Positions 41,995-49,636 of a DNA stretch of 64,000 bases are shown one piece after another; position 1 is the stretch's first letter, and the number at the start of each line of letters is the position of its first letter. Source of the DNA: an uncultured Elusimicrobia bacterium (GTDB lineage: Bacteria; Elusimicrobiota; Elusimicrobia; CAZMIB01); NCBI GenBank assembly GCA_964566245.1, contig CAZMIB010000001.1, forward strand, positions 4,777 through 68,776. Reading direction: 5' to 3'. The notes beneath the pieces are model-generated. The model saw only the letters and a list, made by a program, of their open reading frames with translations. It made no database searches and was not told where the DNA came from. The translations under genes were made by a program, and so were the position numbers.

Positions 41995-42363
41995 ATGCTC
42001 CTTGACTTACTTACAAACGGTAAGTATACTATGCCTATGATAATGGAACTGCTCGGGCATAAGGACTACCTGCGCATCCTGATGGTTCTGGCGAAGAAGC
42101 CGCTCAGGTTTACCGAGATCCAGAAGACATTAAGCCTCAATCCGACCCAGGTGGATCGAGCTCTCGCGTTCCTGCGTAAGGGTCTGTGGATCATTCCCAA
42201 GACTATCTCGACCGAAAAGGGGCCAGTGAGAGTGGAATACGGGATAGGCAAGCGGGGCGAGGCCTTTCTTGCCTCGTGGCAGTCGTTCCGGGTTCAAGTT
42301 GAGCGCCATGAAGCGGAACTCGGAAGGTCCGAAGTCGCCGAGCTTCATAGCCTGGCGCTGTGA
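41995..42363 (+). CDS. HxlR-type winged-helix transcriptional regulator (low GC). An alternative start lies at ATG 42031.
   Basis: ...YLRILMVLAKKPLRFTEIQKTLSLNPTQVDRALAFLRKGLWI...GPVRVEYGIGKRGEAF matches the HxlR HTH pattern. Confidence 0.6.
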   Translation: MLLDLLTNGKYTMPMIMELLGHKDYLRILMVLAKKPLRFTEIQKTLSLNPTQVDRALAFLRKGLWIIPKTISTEKGPVRVEYGIGKRGEAFLASWQSFRVQVERHEAELGRSEVAELHSLAL

Positions 42364-42370
42364 TCCAATA

Positions 42371-42865
42371 ATGGCGGTCGTCTTTCTTCTTGGTCCGGGA
42401 ATGTGGGGGCCTGAGAAGGGCCCCTCTTCCAATCCGTCGCCTATGGATATCCGCCGCGAGATAGCGCGGATACTAACGATGGGCGGGCATGAAGTCATTC
42501 TCATGGAGGATCAAGCGGACCGGAAGGGCGAAGACATGATCCAGAAGTTCGATCGTCTTCTTCGCTCCAGGATCACCGATGTCGTCATGTATTGGCCTCC
42601 GGCGGCAAAGATGCAGACGACATACGATGAGCTGATCCTTCTCTATGATCGTCAAGAGTTCTTGCAGGAAGAGGAGATTCCCGTCTGGGTTCTGCACCAT
42701 ACCTCAGTGGCAGAGATTACGAGGGATCAATTCAAGGTTCTCGAGACCGGAAATCGCAGCCGCTATCTTACGGCGGTAGCTCGCTTGGGCATTCATCCGC
42801 TTGAGTGGGAAACGGATGCCGATCTGAGGGAGATGACGCGCCTGCTTTCAGCCCAGTTGGATTAA
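42371..42865 (+). CDS. Hypothetical protein (165 aa), low GC, co-transcribed with the HxlR regulator. N-terminus MAVVFLLGPG... suggests a Rossmann-like fold.
   Basis: ORF track, re-started at ATG 42371. No family recognised. Confidence 0.4.
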   Translation: MAVVFLLGPGMWGPEKGPSSNPSPMDIRREIARILTMGGHEVILMEDQADRKGEDMIQKFDRLLRSRITDVVMYWPPAAKMQTTYDELILLYDRQEFLQEEEIPVWVLHHTSVAEITRDQFKVLETGNRSRYLTAVARLGIHPLEWETDADLREMTRLLSAQLD

Positions 42866-42897
42866 CGTAATCGTGCAACGACCCGTTGCACGATTAC
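42866..42897. terminator. Perfect 14-bp-stem hairpin GTAATCGTGCAACG-ACC-CGTTGCACGATTAC immediately after the stop of the 42371 gene
   Basis: Direct read. No strong T-tract follows, so it could be a terminator or a protein-binding palindrome. Confidence 0.45.
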
Positions 42898-43157
42898 CTC
42901 GTCTTGAACATTGCCCTGCTGGGAGTTTATATATAGTCTTGGCTGCCGAAGGGGAATTCCTCGTCGAGAGCTTACATATAGTCTACATATAGTTTGGTAA
43001 ACTCATCCCGGCTGTTTGCCCAATTCTGACACCTACCGTGTCAGAGCTTTGGGAGAATCGTAAAGGGCTCACCAAGGGCTCAAAGGGCTCACCGAGATAC
43101 CCGAGAAAAGCCTCCTGACTCTCCAACCCAAGATCTCGGCGCGCAATACCCCGCTGA

Positions 43158-44429
43158 ATGTCCGACATCCTCATCGTCTGCCCCACCCACCGCGACAAGC
43201 GCGAGCTTGAGGCCTACAAGCCGCAAGGCCACCGCTTCCATTTCTACGACTACGCGAGCGACGACCTCGAGACCCTCACCGCCGCGCAAGGCGGCGCCGC
43301 CCCGTCCGTAAAGCCGGCGGAGCAGGCGCTGAACGAACTGCTGCGCCTGGCGCGAAAGGTGGGCGCCGAGGGCGTGCTCAGCACCGACGACTACCCGGGC
43401 AGCACGCTCGCCAGCATCGTCGCCCGCGAGCTGGGCCTGCCGGGCGTGCCGCCCGAGGTGAATCTGCTGTGCCAGCACAAGTACTACTCCCGGCTCGCGC
43501 AGCTGCGCCTGGTTCCCGAGGCCGTCCCCGAATTCCACCTCATCGACCCGCGCGGCGGCACGGCCCCGCCCGGGCGCCTGCCGCTGTTCCTCAAGCCGGC
43601 CAAGTCCTTCTTCTCGGTCGGCGCGCGCAAGGTCGAGCGCCCCGAGGACTGGCCGGCCGCCGTCCGCGGCGCCGCCTTGCCGGACGCGTTCTTCGCGCCG
43701 TTCAACCGTCTGCTCAAAAGCTACACGCGCCTCGAGCTGGGCGCGGACCGCGTGCTGGCGGAAGGGTACCTCGCCGGCGACCAGGTCACGGTCGAGGGCT
43801 GGTGTCGGAGAGGCCGGGCCGGGATTTTGGGGGTCGTGGACTCCGTCTTCTTCCCGGGGACGCGCTCCTTCAAGCGCTTCGACTACCCGTCCCGCCTGCC
43901 GGAGGCGGTGCAGGCGCGCATGACTATCCTCGCGCGGGGAGTGATGGAGGGTCTGGACTACGGCGACGGACTCTTCAACATCGAGCTGATGCACGACCCG
44001 GACACCGGCCGCCTCGGCATCATCGAGATCAACCCGCGCATGAGCTCCCAGTTCGCCGACCTCTTCGAGAAGGTGGACGGCGTCAACAGCTACGCGCTGG
44101 CGCTCGACCTCGCCTTGGGCAGGCCCCCGTCCGTCCCCAAGCGCGCCGGCCGCCACGCCGCGGCCGCGAGCTGCGTGCTGCGCGCCTTCGAGGACCGCAA
44201 GCTGCTCCGCGTCCCGAGCGAGGTCCGCCTCGACGCCCTGCGCCGCGCCCACCCCGACATCCGCATCGAGCTGCTGGCCACCGAGGGCCTGCGCCTCTCC
44301 GAGCAGATGCAGGACCCGGAGAGCTACCGGTACGGGATCGTCAACCTGGGCGGGGCGTCGCTGGCCGCGATCCTGGAGGCGTTTGAGGACGCGGAGCGGC
44401 GGCTGGACTTCGTTTTCGCGCCGGTGTAA
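43158..44429 (+). CDS. ATP-grasp family enzyme (unknown substrate)
   Basis: ...LPLFLKPAKSFFSVGARKV..., ...LFNIELMHDPDTGRLGIIEINPRMS matches ATP-grasp B/C-domain motifs. Confidence 0.65.
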   Translation: MSDILIVCPTHRDKRELEAYKPQGHRFHFYDYASDDLETLTAAQGGAAPSVKPAEQALNELLRLARKVGAEGVLSTDDYPGSTLASIVARELGLPGVPPEVNLLCQHKYYSRLAQLRLVPEAVPEFHLIDPRGGTAPPGRLPLFLKPAKSFFSVGARKVERPEDWPAAVRGAALPDAFFAPFNRLLKSYTRLELGADRVLAEGYLAGDQVTVEGWCRRGRAGILGVVDSVFFPGTRSFKRFDYPSRLPEAVQARMTILARGVMEGLDYGDGLFNIELMHDPDTGRLGIIEINPRMSSQFADLFEKVDGVNSYALALDLALGRPPSVPKRAGRHAAAASCVLRAFEDRKLLRVPSEVRLDALRRAHPDIRIELLATEGLRLSEQMQDPESYRYGIVNLGGASLAAILEAFEDAERRLDFVFAPV

Positions 44430-44491
44430 TGAATATCGCCGCGGCGCGAGCAGCGGGAGTCGCTCCAGTCGTGTGATATAATTCCGACGAC

Positions 44492-45874
44492 ATGAGGCTC
44501 AAAATCGCGGATATTCTACGCCTGATCCGGAAGGGCGAATCTCAGACGCTCGAGTTCAAGCAATCCTTCGGCCGCGAAACCCTGGAAACTCTCTGCGCCT
44601 TCGCGAATACCGATGGTGGGATCGTTCTGGTCGGGGTCAGCGACGCCGGCGTAGTGACCGGAACGCAGGCGTCCAAGGCTTCTCTGCGTGACTGGGCCAA
44701 CCAGATAGCTCAGGGCCTCGGTCTTCATCCATCGATCCGTACGGCCCCGCTTGAGGGGAAGGAAGTCGTTGTCATCGAGGCCCCGGAGAGCCATATCAAG
44801 CCCGTGCTCTTTCAGGGGAGGGGCTATGGGCGCTCCGGCTCCACGACCCACCAGATGACCGTTGAAGAAATCGCGTCCGCCGCCCTTTCCCGCGTCGGTA
44901 TGACGTGGGACTCGGTCCCCGAGAGCCGCGCCAAGCTCGCCGACATCTCTGGTCCCAAGATTCGGGCGTTCATCGCCGCGGCGAACCGAGAGAAGCGGCG
45001 TCCGGTGCCAGCCGGGACTTCGCCGATGGACTTGCTGAAGAAACTCAAGCTCGTCCGAGCGGGCAAACCGACTCGGGCGGCGATCCTCCTCTTTGGGAAG
45101 GATCCTCAGGATTTTTATCCACAGGCTAGGCTCAAGATCGGGCGATTCCGGGACGAGACTCTGATCGTGGATGACCGCCGCATAGACGGCACCCTCTTCG
45201 ACCAGGTGGAAGGCGCGATGAGCTACTTCCGCGAGAAGCTGGATACCCGATTCGAGAGGACCGGCCGCCCGCAGCGCGACGTGATCTGGGAATACCCGTT
45301 GAAGGCTTTGCGCGAGGCCGTAACCAACGCTATCTGCCATCGGGACTACTCAGGCACCCGCGACTCCGAAGTTCGGCTCTACGATCACGAGGTCATGATC
45401 TGGAACGATGGCGACTTGCCGCCGGAATTGTCGGTGCAGGCGCTCAGGAAGAAGCACCCCTCGGTGCCTCGCAACAAGCAGATCGCCGAAATCTTCTACT
45501 ACGCTGGGATGATCGAGCAGTGGGGAAGCGGGACCGGTATGATGCGCGACGAATGCAGGGCGGCCGGAATGCCGGCTCCCATCTTCGAGCAAAAGCACGG
45601 CCTTCGGGTGACGTTCAAGAAGGCGGTCCCCAAGACCCTCCCAGGACCCTCCCATGACACCTCCCATGAACCTCCCATGACCGAGACGACCGTGGACCGG
45701 GTGCTTTCTTTCTGTAAAGCGCCGCGGTCCAGGGTCGAGATCGCCAAAGAACTGGGTTTGAGCTCGGAGTATGTCCGAAAGTGGATACTTCCCGAGCTCG
45801 TTCGTTCCGGGAAGCTGAGGCTTACTCTGCCTGAAAAGCCGCAGAGCAAACAACAGCGCTATGTCAGCCGCTAA
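44492..45874 (+). CDS. Schlafen-like AlbA_2 plus HATPase_c_4 domain protein (putative transcriptional regulator; this family is often mis-annotated as RecG-like)
   Basis: N-terminus ESQTLEFKQSFG...LCAFANTDGGIVLVGVSDAG (AlbA_2); C-terminus LREAVTNAICHRDYSG...VRLYDHEVMIWNDGDL (HATPase_c_4). Confidence 0.7.
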   Translation: MRLKIADILRLIRKGESQTLEFKQSFGRETLETLCAFANTDGGIVLVGVSDAGVVTGTQASKASLRDWANQIAQGLGLHPSIRTAPLEGKEVVVIEAPESHIKPVLFQGRGYGRSGSTTHQMTVEEIASAALSRVGMTWDSVPESRAKLADISGPKIRAFIAAANREKRRPVPAGTSPMDLLKKLKLVRAGKPTRAAILLFGKDPQDFYPQARLKIGRFRDETLIVDDRRIDGTLFDQVEGAMSYFREKLDTRFERTGRPQRDVIWEYPLKALREAVTNAICHRDYSGTRDSEVRLYDHEVMIWNDGDLPPELSVQALRKKHPSVPRNKQIAEIFYYAGMIEQWGSGTGMMRDECRAAGMPAPIFEQKHGLRVTFKKAVPKTLPGPSHDTSHEPPMTETTVDRVLSFCKAPRSRVEIAKELGLSSEYVRKWILPELVRSGKLRLTLPEKPQSKQQRYVSR

Positions 45875-46094
45875 GTCTAGGCGGAGGGCTGCCGTGAGCG
45901 GTAAACGGAAGCGCACCCCAAGAATGCCCGCCATCGTCCGCAAGGCCGAGCAGGCCTTGCGGATCGCGGTGGCGAAGGCCATCGAGGACCATCGCCGAAG
46001 CGGCGATCCCATCGTGGTTTGGAAGAACGGACGCGTCGTGACCATTCCCGCCAGTAGGATTCCGCGAGGGAAGCCCATTCGCCGCGGCCGGTAG
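45861..46094 (+). CDS. Small basic protein (77 aa), possibly antitoxin- or regulator-like, upstream of the Fic gene
   Basis: ORF track only. It is followed by the hairpin GGGCAAC-TGGTG-GTTGCCC (46128-46146). Weak call. Confidence 0.3.
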   Translation: MSAAKSRRRAAVSGKRKRTPRMPAIVRKAEQALRIAVAKAIEDHRRSGDPIVVWKNGRVVTIPASRIPRGKPIRRGR

Positions 46095-46306
46095 CTTCGG
46101 CGGCTGCCCTATCTCCCCGCGAAGCAAAAGGGCAACTGGTGGTTGCCCAAATATCCTGAGCACAATACGTCTTGTTGATGCGGAAATTTTAATGCTGTAA
46201 ATCCAGGCCTTATCCATCGTAATCTTGATAAAATATGCCGCGTCTGTTATCTTATCTATAAAAATTAGGACAACTTAGCCTTGGTTCTATCTCTAATCAT
46301 CAAAAA

Positions 46307-47758
46307 ATGTCCCCTATAACCGACCTTATCTTCGGCACCTCCGAGAACAAAGAGGCCAAGCGCCTGCGGAGGCTGATCCAGTCCAAGAAAGCCCGCAAGA
46401 TCGCCTCCCGAATCTACACGACCAATCTGATCGACCCGCCCGAGGGGATCATTCGAGAGAATATGTGGGCGGTGCTCGGGCGCCTCTTTCCAAACACGGT
46501 CATCAGCCACCGCACCGCATTGGAGGGGGGGCCGACCAAGAATTCGGAAGTTTTTCTCACGGGACCCTATCCGCGCAAGGTGAGGCTGCCCGGGCTGACG
46601 GTGACGGTGCTCAAGGGGCCTTCCGCTGGAACGGATGACAAGCCGTTCATGGAGAATCTCTTCATCGCGTCCGAACCAAGGGCTTTTTTGGAGAACCTCC
46701 AAATCAGCCGCCCCAAGGGACTTTCCGCCAAGACCATCCCGCGGACGGAGTTGGAGGATCGCCTCGACCGCATCTTGAGGCTGAAAGGCGAAAGGGCGCT
46801 CAATGACCTGCGCGATAAGGCGCGCGACGTCGCCAAAAAGCTTGGGCTCGCGGCTGAATTCCAGGCGCTCGACAAGATCATCGGCGCCCTGCTCCTGACG
46901 AAGCCGGCCGAGCCCCGGGTCGCGGGCCGAGCTTACGATCCTGAGCGACTGAGGATATTCGAGGCGCTGTTCTCCGCTCTAAAGCGGACCGCTCTTCGCG
47001 AAAGTCCCGAACCACTGACCGACCCAGGGGCTCTGAGGACGCTCGCCTTCTTCGAGGCGTATTTTTCGAACTACATCGAAGGCACCCGCTTCGAGGTCGA
47101 TGAAGCGCGATCCATAGTCTTCGAGGGGACGATCCCCAGGACCCGTCCGCAGGATGCGCACGACGTCTTGGGCACCTATCAAATAGTTTCGAATCCGACG
47201 GAGTACCGGAAGGTCCCGGCCGACTTCGAGACTTTTTGGTCCCTGTTATCGACCCGCCATACGACGATTCTTAGCGCCCGACCGGAGAAGGATCCGGGCG
47301 AGGTCAAAACCGACGTGAACCGCGCCGGAGAAACGATCTTCGTGGCGCCCGATTTGGTCAAGGGAACGCTGTCCCAAGGCTTTGAGTTCTACAAGGTCCT
47401 GGAATCGCCCTCCGCCCGGGCCGCGTTCATGATGTTTCTCGTGTCGGAAGTCCATCCCTTCAACGATGGCAACGGCCGCATCGCCCGCGTGATGATGAAC
47501 GCGGAGCTCGTCGCCGAGGGCCTGCGCCGGATCATCGTTCCCACGGTATTCCGCGACGATTACCTCGGCGCCCTGAGAGCGCTCAGCCGCAACGGCGATC
47601 CGGCGGTTTATCTTCGCATGCTCGACCGGGCACAGGAGTTCTCGGCCAGCATCGACTTCTCCGACTTCGCCGCCGCCCAGCGCGCGCTTTCCGCGGCGAA
47701 CGTGTTCAAGGATCCGACCGAGGGGACCCTGGAAATTCGTCCACGCGCGGAGGGATAG
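46307..47758 (+). CDS. Fic/Doc-family protein (AMPylation-type active site)
   Basis: Canonical Fic motif HPFNDGNGRIARVMMN. Confidence 0.8.
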   Translation: MSPITDLIFGTSENKEAKRLRRLIQSKKARKIASRIYTTNLIDPPEGIIRENMWAVLGRLFPNTVISHRTALEGGPTKNSEVFLTGPYPRKVRLPGLTVTVLKGPSAGTDDKPFMENLFIASEPRAFLENLQISRPKGLSAKTIPRTELEDRLDRILRLKGERALNDLRDKARDVAKKLGLAAEFQALDKIIGALLLTKPAEPRVAGRAYDPERLRIFEALFSALKRTALRESPEPLTDPGALRTLAFFEAYFSNYIEGTRFEVDEARSIVFEGTIPRTRPQDAHDVLGTYQIVSNPTEYRKVPADFETFWSLLSTRHTTILSARPEKDPGEVKTDVNRAGETIFVAPDLVKGTLSQGFEFYKVLESPSARAAFMMFLVSEVHPFNDGNGRIARVMMNAELVAEGLRRIIVPTVFRDDYLGALRALSRNGDPAVYLRMLDRAQEFSASIDFSDFAAAQRALSAANVFKDPTEGTLEIRPRAEG

Positions 47759-47823
47759 GCGGACACTCAGGATGTTCCCACCGACTCAACGTTTTCCATT
47801 TTGCTGAGATTTAACGGAATGAC

Positions 47824-48192
47824 TTGAGCATATTTGCTAGACTTGAACTTCCTGTGCCCAGAAAATGTTCCGTGCCTATCGAGATTACGTCCGAAGACCG
47901 GGCCGAGCTATTGATTTTGCGACGAACCTCGCCTAAAAAACGGAATTGGGTCCGTGCCGACATCATTTTGCGTGCCGCCAAAGGCCAGAGCAACTATAGG
48001 ATCGCCAAGCAGCTCGGCCTCAGCCGCAACACCGTGCAGCATTGGCGCTATCGCTTCGCGCGGGAGAGGCTGGCCGGCTTGATGACTCGGCCGATCCCGG
48101 GCCGACCGAAAAGGATCGCCGAGGTTCCGTCGGATAACGGTTCTTTCCGGGTCGCGCGGATTCAGCCCCCAGGGACAGCCCATGAGTTCTAA
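47824..48192 (+). mobile_element. IS630-family transposase N-terminal (HTH) fragment; the catalytic DDE part is missing
   Basis: ...RADIILRAAKGQSNYRIAKQLGLSRNTVQHWRYRFARERLAGLMTRPIPGRPKR matches IS630/Tc1-type transposase HTH domains. Only ~120 aa remain before the frame ends. Confidence 0.6.
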
Positions 48193-48660
48193 GAAGGCGA
48201 GGCGGGTCCGCGGTCGTTCGAGGGAAGATGCCGCATTTCCCGTCGCCTTGCCATCGTCAGACATGCCGCGCGGCTACCCGGAAATGCTCTCCGCCCTTAA
48301 GGAACGGATCGGGCATGAGAGGCAACGCGTCGTATTCGCCGCCAACACCGCCATGATCGTCCTGTACTGGGACATCGGCCGCATGATCCGCCAGCACCAG
48401 ACCCAGAAGGGCTGGGGCTCGAAGGTAGTCGACCGGCTCTCTCAGGACCTCCGTAACGCCTATCCCGACATGAAGGGATTTTCGCCGCGAAATCTCAACT
48501 ACATGCTGTCCTTCGCGGCCGCCTGGCCCGACGCTTCAATTTTGCAACGGGTCGTTGCAAAATTGCCTTGGCGACAGAATATCGCTCTGCTTGAACGACT
48601 TGACGACGAGAAAACGCGCCTTTGGTACGCCCAGGAGACCCTGCGAAACGGCTGGTCCCA
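48182..48660 (+). pseudogene. N-terminal fragment of a YhcG/DUF1016-family (PDDEXK nuclease-associated) protein, a truncated paralog of the intact gene at 59529
   Basis: ...NTAMIVLYWDIGRMIRQHQTQKGWGSKVVDRLSQDLRNAYPDMKGFSPRNLNYMLSFAAAWPD...KTRLWYAQETLRNGWS parallels VALVMRNWLIGRHIVEYEQKG...RLIPKLAEAF...GFSLSNLKLMRQFFLLYP in the 59529 protein. The frame then breaks. Confidence 0.5.
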
Positions 48661-49245
48661 GCCGATCCGCGTTATCCTCCACTCGCGCTCCGAGAGGCTC
48701 TCGCCAACGCCTTCTGCCACCGGGACTACTCCATTGGCGGCGGCTCCGTTGGCGTAGCGATCTACGATGACCGCTTGGAGATCAGCTCATCAGGCTCTCT
48801 GCACTTCGGCCTTGCGGTCCAGGACCTATACAAGCCGCATGAGTCCTTGCCGTGGAATCCGATTGTCGCCGATGTCTTTTATAGGCGCGGCATCATCGAG
48901 ACATGGGGTCGCGGCACGATCAAGATGGCCGAGATGATGGGCCTTGCTGGCCTTCCGCGACCGGAAATTGAGGAGATCTCGGGAGCGATCATTGTCCGTT
49001 TCCGCGCGAGCCGTTATCAGCCGCCGACCCGGATCGGCCACGACCTTACGGATAGGCAGCGCAAAATTCTCGATGTGCTTGCTTCCTCGGGGGCTCTTCG
49101 CCTGGGCGAGATCTTGCCCCTGCTTAAAGCCGGCGCCACGACGAGAGCTTTGCGCGAGGACCTGTATCTGCTTCGGCGGTTCAAGCTCGTTGACTTTTCA
49201 GGCCGAACCAGCGGCGCGCGTTGGCGTTTGAAGAGGGGAAGCTGA
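48622..49245 (+). pseudogene. C-terminal fragment of an AlbA_2/HATPase_c_4 protein, a truncated paralog of 44492..45874
   Basis: LREALANAFCHRDYSIGGGSVGVAIYDDRLEISSSGSL aligns with LREAVTNAICHRDYSGTRDSEVRLYDHEVMIWNDGDL. There is no N-terminal AlbA part. Confidence 0.5.
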
Positions 49246-49377
49246 GCCAGTTATGGCTAATTCTGTCCAATCCTGGCTAATTCTGGCCAATCTTGCGAAT
49301 TGTGATTATAATTTAAGCAGAATTATGGGGTGTTTTTAAGCCATGGGGTTGTATCCAGAGTTTCCTGTCTCGCCCTA

Positions 49378-49530
49378 CGCGCCGCTGATGGGCAGACCAG
49401 CTACATGATCGCCAAGCGGCTCAGGCTCAGTCGCAACACCGTGCAGCACTGGCGTTACCGGTTCGCGCGAGAAAGTTTGGCCGGCTTGATGACTCGGCCG
49501 ATCCCGGGCCGACCTAAAAGGACAGTTATG
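49378..49530 (+). mobile_element. Second, shorter IS630 transposase HTH fragment. It is a direct repeat of 48001-48120 at about 85-90% nucleotide identity.
   Basis: IAKRLRLSRNTVQHWRYRFARESLAGLMTRPIPGRPKR. The nucleotide alignment with the first fragment was read directly. Confidence 0.55.
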
Positions 49531-49636
49531 GAAACTCGCCCGGAACATAGCTCAACAATGGCCGATGCAAGCCAGGCATGAGACCGTCGACGCCGGGCCA
49601 ATCGGGCAACCGGGGTTGCCCAATTCGACGAAGCCC

